This document shows positions 27,952 to 38,799 of a DNA stretch of 64,000 bases, one piece after another. The DNA comes from Candidatus Saccharimonadota bacterium. Lineage in GTDB: Bacteria > Patescibacteriota > Saccharimonadia > Saccharimonadales > Saccharimonadaceae. The notes below the pieces were generated by a model that worked only from the letters and a program-made list of their open reading frames with translations, did not search any database and was not told where the DNA came from. The number at the start of each line of letters is the position of its first letter. Position 1 is the stretch's first letter. The DNA is taken from contig DAICYC010000001.1 in NCBI GenBank assembly GCA_027311865.1, positions 33,880 through 97,879 of the forward strand, given 5' to 3'. The translations under genes and the position numbers were made by a program.

Positions 27952-28348
27952 CAGCTGGTTCAGATACTGTAAATTCTAGGACTTCTGGATGTAATGGGTC
28001 GCCGCTAAAGGCATCAACGGCCTTGGCCTTGGCAGCTTGTTCGTCATAAAGCTCAATAAAGGAGTCGACAACCTCCAGATTCATCGTACCGCTGGAGCTA
28101 AAGCTCTCTATCGAGTCTCGTCTAACAACTTGGTTGCTGACCGACTGGTAACCAGGTCGACTCAGATCAAGCTGAACTGAGCCGCTAGTGGAATATATGA
28201 CCATGCTAACAATGACCAAGATTAAAGAGATGAAAATAGCTCCGCTAATTAGTAAGAAAAAGCGGTGTTTAACCCAAAACGAACCTTGGCGACGGACTTG
28301 ATCCATCGTCACGGCAAGCGCCGTACTATGCGAGAAATCAACGGCCAT
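27941..28348 (-). CDS. Single-pass membrane protein, unknown
   Basis: 135 aa with one TM. Overlaps the neighbouring genes by a few nt (operon packing). Confidence 0.45.
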   Translation of the reverse strand: MAVDFSHSTALAVTMDQVRRQGSFWVKHRFFLLISGAIFISLILVIVSMVIYSTSGSVQLDLSRPGYQSVSNQVVRRDSIESFSSSGTMNLEVVDSFIELYDEQAAKAKAVDAFSGDPLHPEVLEFTVSEPAVTQ

Positions 28349-28898
28349 CAGACCCCTCCTCCAATTTGTTCAGTAGCTGCTTAATTTGAACAACTTCTCC
28401 CCGATAATCATCAATGTGAGCGTGCAGCATTTTAATATCGTCGCGAACCAAACCTCGCTTGTCTCGTGCCAACATAACCGACTGATGAAATTCATCTGGT
28501 TTGGTCGTGCAATCGATTTTGATGGCCTCATCTAATTGTCTCGCGTAAGCATCGTAATGCGTCCGGAAGTAACCAAGGCGAGTATCATAACTATTTGACA
28601 TTGCCAGCAAGCCGCTCGTATCAAAGTCATTGCTCGAGGCTCGATAATTGAATCGTTCCATCAGCTTCCCACTAATCGATTCATAAATTTGACCGCGATT
28701 GACACGCAACAAAGCATCACTGGCGCGAAGTTGATTGAGCGAGGTCTTGATCGAATAACAATTACTCACCACTTTTGAGTGCTGCTCAGGTGTTAACTCA
28801 GGCGTTAATCGATCGAGGGCACCAGCTTGCGACACGGTCAAAATTAGCGTCAAACTGACGGCCATCGCTACCAATACCAGTCGCGAAAACTTATTCAT
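28338..28898 (-). CDS. Secreted protein, unknown
   Basis: N-terminal signal peptide (LVLVAMAVSLTLILTVSQAGA); helical remainder. Confidence 0.5.
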   Translation of the reverse strand: MNKFSRLVLVAMAVSLTLILTVSQAGALDRLTPELTPEQHSKVVSNCYSIKTSLNQLRASDALLRVNRGQIYESISGKLMERFNYRASSNDFDTSGLLAMSNSYDTRLGYFRTHYDAYARQLDEAIKIDCTTKPDEFHQSVMLARDKRGLVRDDIKMLHAHIDDYRGEVVQIKQLLNKLEEGSDGR

Positions 28899-28936
28899 TA
28901 GATACTATTATACTCTAATTATCAAAGTCTCATGGC

Positions 28937-29464
28937 CTAGAAAACCTGATTGGCTTCCAATAAGCTGCGAAACTCTTGTAGTTGTGGCAGTAGTTGCGAG
29001 GCGTCGCCGCCGACATACAAATTGAACATATAACTCGTTGCCATCAATAAAACTAATCCCACGAGAACCGCCAGCAAAATACTACCCAAAGTTACCCCCA
29101 GAATGACCCGACGGCTGAACTTCTGATAACGTTCAGTCTGAATCAATGGCCGACCTTCCTTATCAAGCGTCTCGCCTTTCATAATTGAAGCCAAGTCGAG
29201 TAATGACCAAAGCCCGAGGCCTCCAACCGTAATCAACTTTAGAAAGCCAGTGCCATATTTTCCCAAATAAAAGCGGTCGACCCCAAAAGCTCCCCACAGA
29301 AAACTCAAAAAGAACGCCGCCAGATAATGTCGACCCGGCGCCGGAACACCCTCGATTGCCGGCTGAGGTGCCGGTTCGACACCCGGCTGCACCGGAGCAG
29401 CTGGTTGATTGACTTGTGGTTCGGGTTGATAATTTGGTACTGGGGTGTTTGTTTGATTGTCCAT
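28937..29464 (-). CDS. TM2 domain-containing protein with a Pro-rich N-terminus
   Basis: FLSFLWGAFGVDRFYLGKYGTGFLKLIT is the TM2 signature. Confidence 0.75.
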   Translation of the reverse strand: MDNQTNTPVPNYQPEPQVNQPAAPVQPGVEPAPQPAIEGVPAPGRHYLAAFFLSFLWGAFGVDRFYLGKYGTGFLKLITVGGLGLWSLLDLASIMKGETLDKEGRPLIQTERYQKFSRRVILGVTLGSILLAVLVGLVLLMATSYMFNLYVGGDASQLLPQLQEFRSLLEANQVF

Positions 29465-29471
29465 ATAGTCC

Positions 29472-30794
29472 TTACGGTGTTAATCGATTGATGTCGCGCG
29501 GAAACAAAGTTGCCTCTTTAACATTCGACAAGCCAACAATCTTCTGCGTCAGCCTCTCTAGACCCATGCCGAAGCCACCGTGCGTTGGCAAGCCGTACTT
29601 AAAGGCCTGCAGGTAATAGCGGAAACCGTCAGCCTCCGGGTCGCCGCCGGCAATTGTTTTCAGCTGTTCAACCAGTTGATCGTAGCGGTTTTCGCGCATA
29701 CTAATCGTCGCAATTTCAACACCACGGAAAATCAAGTCCGCCCGCTCGGCAAATTCTGGCTTATCAGTCGATTTACGATGATAAAATTTCATTTCACTAG
29801 CTGGCCAATCCACCACAAAGACCGCTTCGCTGCCATATTTTTCCAAAGTATACTCACTTATCCAGCGTTCCTCATCCGGTCGCAAGTCTTTTTCGCCGCG
29901 CGTGTCATCAGTGTTAGCCTGACTGTACAATTCGTGTACTTCCTCTAGGGACAGTTGTGGAATTGCGCCTGACAGCACGATTGGTTTGGCTTTTAATAAC
30001 TCCAATTCGGTTCGTCGAGTTTGCCAAATCGCATCCGCTACTGAATGCATAAAGCCATCAACCATTTCTAGTAGCCCCTGAAAGTCCGTGAAACCCATCT
30101 CGGCATCGATATGCATAAACTCGGTCATATGACGGGTTGTTGCTGACGGTTCAGCACGATAAGTTGGATTGATCTCGAAAGCTCGCTCAAACGCTCCAAC
30201 CATAATTTGCTTGTAGAATTGAGCGCTTTGCGCCAGAGTTGCTTCTTTGCCGAAATAGTCGAGCGTAAAGACTTCAGCGCCACCTTCTGTAGCCGCTGGC
30301 AGAAGTTTCGGTGAGTTAAATTCCGTGAAATCGTTGGCGAAGAAATACTGACGAGCGGCTTCTTTGACTCCAGCTTGGACGCGAAAAATGGCTGTTTCCT
30401 GAATATTTCTCAGGCTGATTACTCGATGCTCAAAAAGGGTGTCAAGGTTCTCCGATTTGTGATCAATCGGTTTGTCGATTTCAATCGGTGATTCATCCGT
30501 TACTGGTACCATCACCTCGATTGTCACGTCATGAAGCTCAGCACCGCCCGGTGCACGCTCGTCCGCTACTACCGACCCCGACAATTGCAGAACCGTGCCT
30601 ATCTGGAGACCGCGTAGTTTCTCAATTTCGTCTTTGTTATCAACTTTGGCCTGCGACAAGCCGCTTCGATCGCGAATCGTTAAGAAGTTTAGGCCACCCA
30701 GTAAACGTTTTTTGTGTAACCAGCCCTGGACAGTTATGACTGTGCCGACATGACTAGAAATATCTCGATTTAGTATTCGTTCCATTCTTGACAC
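29472..30794 (-). CDS. aspS: Aspartyl-tRNA synthetase, archaeal/eukaryal type (class IIb)
   Basis: 440 aa. OB-fold N-terminus (VQGWLHKKRLLGGLNFLTIRD), class II motifs and C-terminal GGFGMGLERL...FPRDINRLTP. Confidence 0.88.
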   Translation of the reverse strand: MSRMERILNRDISSHVGTVITVQGWLHKKRLLGGLNFLTIRDRSGLSQAKVDNKDEIEKLRGLQIGTVLQLSGSVVADERAPGGAELHDVTIEVMVPVTDESPIEIDKPIDHKSENLDTLFEHRVISLRNIQETAIFRVQAGVKEAARQYFFANDFTEFNSPKLLPAATEGGAEVFTLDYFGKEATLAQSAQFYKQIMVGAFERAFEINPTYRAEPSATTRHMTEFMHIDAEMGFTDFQGLLEMVDGFMHSVADAIWQTRRTELELLKAKPIVLSGAIPQLSLEEVHELYSQANTDDTRGEKDLRPDEERWISEYTLEKYGSEAVFVVDWPASEMKFYHRKSTDKPEFAERADLIFRGVEIATISMRENRYDQLVEQLKTIAGGDPEADGFRYYLQAFKYGLPTHGGFGMGLERLTQKIVGLSNVKEATLFPRDINRLTP

Positions 30795-30818
30795 TATAGC
30801 ACTCCTACCTCCGATAGA

Positions 30819-31838
30819 CTAGAGGTCAATCTGGTGAGCTGGCCGATTGTTATCACGACTTCGACTCGCGGCAACTGCCTTGGAGTCAGTATGAATATCG
30901 TCTTCGTCAACAATCTTCCGGCCAATTAGCGTTTCGATAACATCCTCCAGACTAAGCAAGCCAACCGTTTCACGATTTTCATTAATCACCACAAAAAGGT
31001 GGTGTCTAGTTCTGAGAAAAGCTGCCAAGGCGTGACTGAGTGTGTCATCTTCGTGAATATAATAAACCGTCGACTCCATCGCCTGCTCGACGCTAAGTGA
31101 CTGCTTGTCCGATAAAGTAAGTAACGACCTGAGGTGTAGCATACCAACGATATGGTCGATATCTCCATCAATAACCGGCAGCCGACTATGTCCGAGACTG
31201 TGAAGCTCATTTAATACTAACGGACCAAGAAACTCATCTTTGGCGATTGAGTCAATTGCCGCACGTGGTGTCATAATTTCGTGAACCAATTTATCTTTGA
31301 AATTCAAGCCATGCGTCAAAAACTTCCGCTCGGTGCTATCAAGGATTGTGCCAGATTGGTTAATCAAGTGAACCAATTCTTCGCGCGAATCAAATCGTCG
31401 ATAGATGTCGCTGTCGATAACCGACTCGACCTGGAGGGTTTTTAAAAGCGGTCGCAGCTGTTTGATGATTTTAATCAGTTGCGGTTGACTAGCTTGATAT
31501 AAGCGGTTGGCCAGTTGTTTGAATAATGCGGCGCGACTAATAGACCCAAATGATAGAGCAACCAGAACGGCATAGGTCACCCCACCCGGCCAGTCAAACA
31601 CACTGACCGCCAACAGGCTAACACCAACCAGCAGCAAAACTGTCACCAGCCACAACAGTGTCGACAGCTCACTCAGGTGGGCTTCTTTTTCGAGAACTAA
31701 ACTCGCCCGATTATCAGACTGGCGGGCTCGGCGATGAAGCTCGAATTGACTAATCTCACTGGGCCGAAGTTTGATTGACGCCACCACCACCAACATCAAA
31801 GTTAACAAGCCAAGCAGGACTGTTAGAAAAATTACCAT
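30819..31838 (-). CDS. Membrane protein with a CBS-domain pair (CNNM/CorC-like, lacking the CorC_HlyC end)
   Basis: N-terminal TM helices followed by a tandem CBS pattern (EIMTPRAAIDSI ... VGLLSLEDVIETLIG). Confidence 0.7.
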   Translation of the reverse strand: MVIFLTVLLGLLTLMLVVVASIKLRPSEISQFELHRRARQSDNRASLVLEKEAHLSELSTLLWLVTVLLLVGVSLLAVSVFDWPGGVTYAVLVALSFGSISRAALFKQLANRLYQASQPQLIKIIKQLRPLLKTLQVESVIDSDIYRRFDSREELVHLINQSGTILDSTERKFLTHGLNFKDKLVHEIMTPRAAIDSIAKDEFLGPLVLNELHSLGHSRLPVIDGDIDHIVGMLHLRSLLTLSDKQSLSVEQAMESTVYYIHEDDTLSHALAAFLRTRHHLFVVINENRETVGLLSLEDVIETLIGRKIVDEDDIHTDSKAVAASRSRDNNRPAHQIDL

Positions 31839-31920
31839 AGTGCTATTGTACGCTATCGAATAAAATCACTTAAGCACTATCTGATATACTTATACTTAAC
31901 AATATTATGTGGAGGATTTC

Positions 31921-32607
31921 ATGACTAAAACCCGTTGGATAATTTTCACTGCTATAACTATTCTGTTATTCGGTGCCCTAATCATTTATTCACGAGACAA
32001 CCGAACAACCATTGACGTTTCTAGCGTCGACCCCAACTCGATTGTTGACGCAAGCGAACAGAATGGTAACATTGGCGATCGTGTATACAATGACACCAAA
32101 AGTGACCTCGTCTTCATCGAATACGCCGACTATCAATGTCCCGGCTGTGCCAGCGCCCAACCTGGCGTCGAGCAGCTGATGGAAAAGTATGGCGACAAGA
32201 TCGCCATCGTCTTTCGACACTTTCCGATTATTTCAGCTCACCCGAACGCCCTAGCAGCCGCGGCCGCCGCTGAGGCTGCCGGTGCTCAAGGTAAATTCTG
32301 GCAAATGAACGCCACACTATTTGAAAATCAAAGTCAATGGCAGGCCAATAATATTGCCGAACGAACCGATACTTTCAAGGGCTATGCTGAAGCAATTGGT
32401 CTCGATATCAATAAGTTCGTTAACGACCTGTCGAGCGCCGATATCAGCCAGAAAATAAACTTCGACATGGCACTAGCGCGCAAGAAAGGTGTTAACGCTA
32501 CACCAACCTTCTACTTCGACGGTGAAAAATTGAGTGATGAAGCGACTAAAGGCATCCTACAGGGTGATCTGTCGGCCGTTAGCGAGCTCATTGACTCAAA
32601 ATTGTAA
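31921..32607 (+). CDS. DsbA-family thiol:disulfide oxidoreductase
   Basis: GGAGGA SD precedes the ATG at 31921. TM anchor, and a CPGC active site in YADYQCPGCASA. Confidence 0.75.
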   Translation: MTKTRWIIFTAITILLFGALIIYSRDNRTTIDVSSVDPNSIVDASEQNGNIGDRVYNDTKSDLVFIEYADYQCPGCASAQPGVEQLMEKYGDKIAIVFRHFPIISAHPNALAAAAAAEAAGAQGKFWQMNATLFENQSQWQANNIAERTDTFKGYAEAIGLDINKFVNDLSSADISQKINFDMALARKKGVNATPTFYFDGEKLSDEATKGILQGDLSAVSELIDSKL

Positions 32608-32625
32608 AATCCGTCTCTAAATTTA

Positions 32626-32659
32626 AAAACACCCCGGTGCCTTGGGGTGTTTTGTTTTT
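32626..32659 (+). terminator. Intrinsic terminator
   Basis: ACACCCC-ggtgcctt-GGGGTGT followed by TTTTGTTTTT. Confidence 0.7.
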
Positions 32660-33001
32660 GCGGGTTGAAGCTCACGGGTTGTTTAGTGAGCGATGAAAGT
32701 TCGCCAATCGGCGGGCACCACATCCACTGCTATCTTTTTGCGTCGTGACGACACAAATTCGACGGCTATAGGCATGTGATTTGTTACTCCTTGTACTATG
32801 TACAGCCCCACACACTCCGACCTTTATTATTAGTTTTGGCGTGAGGCGCAATATTGATATTATCAAAATCTACCCCGCGCGTCAAGAATACGCCCAACAT
32901 GAGCGTTATTACCCCTAATAATATGTCATAGCTATCGTCAGCACAAGCTTTTTCAGAAAAAAGATGTTGTTTGTTATACTGAATAGCAAGATGGGCCAAA
33001 A

Positions 33002-33826
33002 ATGAACACGAAATTATTAACCTTGCTCAAACTATCACTATCGATCACTGCCGCAACAATATTGCTGGCCCAGTTTGTAGCGGCAACACCGATTGTCTCC
33101 CAGAGCTATGCCACGGAAACAAAGTTACCGGTCGGCTCAATTGCCAGCCTAAAGGACGATGCTAGCAGCACCATAATCGCGGCTTCAATTCAATCAACCG
33201 AAACCATCATAGGAGTTGTAATTGATGCCGGGAGCGCCTATCTATCGCTGACACGTGGCCCAGATAGCGAGGCCCAAGTCGCCACCAATGGTATCGTCCA
33301 GGTTTTAGTATCAGACATTAACGGCGATATTAGCCGCGGTGACCACATTACCGCCTCACCAATCAAAGGTATCGGCATGAAAGCTACTGACAATATTCGT
33401 GTCGTTGGCATTGCCCAAGCCGGCCTCGACAACAACACCGGTAAAGTGGAAAAATACACTGACGCCGATGGCGCCGAAAAAGAAACCCTAATCGGTCACA
33501 TCCCCGTATTGGTCAACGTATCATACTTCTTCAAGCAACCTGAACGAACTATCGTACCTTCGGCACTACAGAATATCGCCAACGCGCTAGCTGGACGTCG
33601 AGTTGAGCCCCTGCCAATAATAATCGCGATGGCTATCTTTATTATCATGTTGATTGTAGTGGCCAGTATCGCCTACTCGATGATTAAAAGCAGTATCATT
33701 TCGGTCGGCCGTAATCCGCTGTCTCAATCAGCCATCTATCGAGGTTTGATTCAGATGTCAGCCTTGGTCATCAGTATTCTAGGTGTTGGCCTGGTGGTTA
33801 TCTACTTAATCCTAACGAGGCTTTAA
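33002..33826 (+). CDS. Secreted domain fused to a C-terminal two-helix hairpin that resembles an ATP synthase c subunit (no carboxylate)
   Basis: Signal peptide, about 190 aa of soluble domain, then ...IAYSMIKSSIISVGRNPLSQSAIYRGLIQMSALVISILGVGLVVIYLIL. Lies directly upstream of the b-delta-alpha-gamma-beta genes. Confidence 0.55.
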   Translation: MNTKLLTLLKLSLSITAATILLAQFVAATPIVSQSYATETKLPVGSIASLKDDASSTIIAASIQSTETIIGVVIDAGSAYLSLTRGPDSEAQVATNGIVQVLVSDINGDISRGDHITASPIKGIGMKATDNIRVVGIAQAGLDNNTGKVEKYTDADGAEKETLIGHIPVLVNVSYFFKQPERTIVPSALQNIANALAGRRVEPLPIIIAMAIFIIMLIVVASIAYSMIKSSIISVGRNPLSQSAIYRGLIQMSALVISILGVGLVVIYLILTRL

Positions 33827-33828
33827 TC

Positions 33829-34458
33829 ATGGAAACCTTTATGATTATCTTTTTGTTAATTAACGCCTTAATCGCCGGCGTGGCGGCCACGATTGCGCTC
33901 CAACACTCAGCAGCGCACCGACACGAAAAAAAGCAACGCACACAACAGTCCGTACCAATGCCGCGCATGCCAGCCGAAACCAGGGCTCACCTACTACTTC
34001 AGGCTGAAGAGAAATTTGAAGATCAAATTGAAGACTCCACTGCTCAACTTCAAAAAGACATCAACGACACTATCGACCGACTGGACAGTCGCGTCTCGAA
34101 GCTCGGTGACGAAATTATCGAAGCCGAGATGAAACGCTACCGCGAGAGCCTGGAGACCATCAAACTTCAAACCGAGAAGATGTTAATTGAAGCTCAGTCG
34201 GCCGTCTCAACCCACCAAGCCCAACTCGACGAACAATTTGCCAAGGCTCAGCAAGAAATGGTTGATAAACTGCGAGCTGACATCGAGTCCGAGAAAGAAC
34301 GCACCATGGCTGATATCGACACCAAGATGAATGATGCCGTTATCTCATTCCTGCTTGAAACGATGCAGCATAATGTTGATCTCGGTGCTCAAACTGACTA
34401 CATTCTATCTGTCTTGGAGGCCAATAAGGCAGATATTATCGGCGAGGTCAAAAAATGA
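33829..34458 (+). CDS. ATP synthase b-subunit-like protein (one TM plus a long coiled coil)
   Basis: Architecture and position upstream of the delta-like gene. Overlaps the next gene by 4 nt. Confidence 0.5.
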   Translation: METFMIIFLLINALIAGVAATIALQHSAAHRHEKKQRTQQSVPMPRMPAETRAHLLLQAEEKFEDQIEDSTAQLQKDINDTIDRLDSRVSKLGDEIIEAEMKRYRESLETIKLQTEKMLIEAQSAVSTHQAQLDEQFAKAQQEMVDKLRADIESEKERTMADIDTKMNDAVISFLLETMQHNVDLGAQTDYILSVLEANKADIIGEVKK

Positions 34459-34946
34459 GCCTAGTTATTCCGCCGACCATAATTTCACCCCAGGATTTGC
34501 TTTCAGTCATCGAGGAGTTGAAAAATTATTCAAGATATTCAGTTCACGAAGCCATTAAACAACGCGTAACTGTCCGTAAAAGTCGACCAGCTAACAACGT
34601 CGAACTATCAGATGAAGCGCGCGATTTGTTGCGTCAAGCCTCAGACGGAAAAACAATATCTCGTCGAGCTGTCGACAACCTGATTCGTGAACTTGATGCT
34701 GTTATCAAGAACTCGCAAACGGTCACTTTTACCCTCGCTGCGCCAGCTACGACTGATGTCAAGCGAAAGTTAGCCGACTGGTGCCGACATAATATTGGAC
34801 CATCAACGCTGATCGCCTTTAAATTCAACTCCACCTTGCTCGGGGGTTTTGTAGTTCGTTATGGCAGCCATGTTCATGATTGGTCGTTCCGACGCCAAAT
34901 CTTAAACCGATCGAATGACTTTATGGAGACTCTACGTCGTGTTTGA
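34455..34946 (+). CDS. atpH: ATP synthase delta (OSCP)-like subunit
   Basis: C-terminal pattern FKFNSTLLGGFVVRYGSHVHDWSFRRQI matches the OSCP consensus (D-x-x-L-I-G-G-x-x-V-x-x-G-x-x-x-x-D-x-S). Confidence 0.6.
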   Translation: MSLVIPPTIISPQDLLSVIEELKNYSRYSVHEAIKQRVTVRKSRPANNVELSDEARDLLRQASDGKTISRRAVDNLIRELDAVIKNSQTVTFTLAAPATTDVKRKLADWCRHNIGPSTLIAFKFNSTLLGGFVVRYGSHVHDWSFRRQILNRSNDFMETLRRV

Positions 34947-36413
34947 GAACGCACGTTTTCAAAAACTGGTTGAAGCCGACAACCTAACTGGCGAAGTCGT
35001 TGCCGTCAATGGATTTTTAGTTCAAGTCCGTGGCCTCGAGGGGGTTAGACTCGGTGCTCAAGTCCTGTTCGAGGACGGTCAACGTGGCTTGGTTCGAGAA
35101 GCCTACGGCGATCGAGTCATCTTGTTTAACGTCGATTCCGAAAATATGAGTCCTGGAAAATTAGTGGTCGTTGAAAATGATGTCTTGACGGTACCAGTCG
35201 GCGAATCGCTCGTTGGTCGAGTCATCACCCCAATGGGTGATCCACTCGACGACAAAGGTCCAATCAAAACCACCGAAACGTCCGGCATTTTCAATCCAGC
35301 ACCAGGCATCATGGCTCGAAGCATGCTCAACGAACAACTAGCTAGCGGCGTGGCCGCCGTCGATATGTTTTTTCCGATCGTTCTCGGCCAACGTATCGCG
35401 GTGCTCGGAGACAGCAAGTCTGGTAAAAGTACCCTGCTTAGTCAGCTCAGCGCCAATCAGCAAGATACCGATCGAATTGTAGTTTACGTACTTATCGGCA
35501 AACGAAAGGTCGACGTTGAGCAATTATTAACAGGGCTAGAAAAATCAGGCGCCATGAAGAGCACAATCGTCGTACTAGCCGATGTGTTCGACTCATTGAC
35601 ACTTTCCTACTTGGCACCTTACGCCGCTTGCGCCATGGCCGAAAACCTATGGTATGCCGGTCGCGACGTCGTCATTATTTATGACGACTTAACCAGTCAC
35701 GCCGAAGCCTATCGTCAACTATCACTCCTTCAGGAAGTCGACCCGGGTCGCGATTCATTTCCAGGCGACATGTTCTACGCCCATTCGAGTCTACTGGAGC
35801 GTGCCGGCAAGCTTCTCAGTAACGGCAAAACTTTAACATCACTGCCAGTCGTCCTAACTCCCGGCGACGACATTACCGCCTACTTATCAACCAGTATCAT
35901 GTCAATCACCGATGGACAGATTGTTCTTGACCTAGGTGTCTTTCGTCAAGGCGTTCGACCAGCCGTTAACGCCGGATTGTCGGTATCCCGAGTTGGTGGT
36001 CAAGCCCAAACCACTCGACAAAAGCGATTATCAAGCAGTCTCGTCAAGTCACTCGCTCGCTACAAACAGGCTGAAGAATTCTCCCACTTTGGCTCGAGTC
36101 TATCGGAAGAATCGCGGGTAGACTTGCTCACCGGTAAACAAATTTACGAAGCTCTTCAGCAACCACCAGAAGATTTGTTTAGTTTGACGGAGCAACAATT
36201 AATCCTCGAGACAGTTATGCTAGGGGCCGGCAAGTATACGATCGATATTCCCGGCCTAAAGACAGCCAGCCGAGAGGCCGCCAAACAAGTGAAAAAAGAA
36301 GAAGACATGGACAAGATTGTCGAGTTCTTACTCAAGAAATTTGGTCAAGAAATCAAAGCCGAAGTCAAAGAAGTTAAGGTTGACGATCAACCACCAACCG
36401 AGGCGGAAACAGC

Positions 36414-36417
<4 letters not shown>
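34915..36417 (+). CDS. atpA: F1 ATPase alpha-subunit homologue (divergent)
   Basis: P-loop GDSKSGKST, IIYDDLTSHAEAYRQLSLL, FPGDMFYAHSSLLERAGK and SITDGQIVL...GLSVSRVGG blocks. The true start may be the GTG at 34939, which overlaps the delta stop. Confidence 0.85.
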
Positions 36418-38185
<1,768 letters not shown>

Positions 38186-38223
38186 ACTTTTTACTCGTTA
38201 TTAACAGTTTAGCATAAGTAAAA

Positions 38224-38793
38224 TTAGTCAGCAATTACAGCACTGGATTGTCTAGTTTGTTCAAATCGATGACAAAGAACGATAACCAATGTCATCCATA
38301 ATCCAGCGCTCGCCCAACCAGCAACAATGTCTGAAGGATAGTGAACGCCGAGATACATTCGTGACAGACCGATCAGTAACACGTATAGCGACCCTATAAC
38401 TAACAACAGGTTACGATGTCGCCGCCATCGGCTTCGTGACACGAGATAGACACTTAAAATAAAAATTGTCATCGAGGCGGTCGCATGTCCACTTGGAAAA
38501 GAGTAGCTAGTTTCAGTGACTAAGTGTGCCCATAGATCAGGCCGGGTCCGCGAGAAAAATAACTTCAACAGAACATTAAGAATCATCACACCGCCCAGGC
38601 TGAACCCGAATAGAATCAAACCTCGCCAATACTTACGATGTAACAGCCAGATGACAATAACTGAACTGAGCGAACTCAACAACGTTACACCGGCCAATTC
38701 GGTAACTGCTAGAAAGAAGTAGTCCAGATACGAATGACTTATTTGGCGAATAGCCAGTAGTACAGTCTCGTCAAAGGAACGAATGACTTCCAT
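38224..38793 (-). CDS. PAP2 family phosphatase (undecaprenyl-diphosphatase-like)
   Basis: KLFFSRTRP, SFPSGHA and SRMYLGVHYPSD motifs. Confidence 0.8.
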   Translation of the reverse strand: MEVIRSFDETVLLAIRQISHSYLDYFFLAVTELAGVTLLSSLSSVIVIWLLHRKYWRGLILFGFSLGGVMILNVLLKLFFSRTRPDLWAHLVTETSYSFPSGHATASMTIFILSVYLVSRSRWRRHRNLLLVIGSLYVLLIGLSRMYLGVHYPSDIVAGWASAGLWMTLVIVLCHRFEQTRQSSAVIAD

Positions 38794-38799
38794 GAACGG

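Noticed and set aside
32511-32999. Three overlapping minus-strand ORFs (70, 64 and 67 aa) in the dsbA-ATPase spacer.
   Set aside because: They have no SD or promoter signals, they overlap one another, and one overlaps the dsbA terminator. The translations show no protein-like features. I treated the interval as intergenic.
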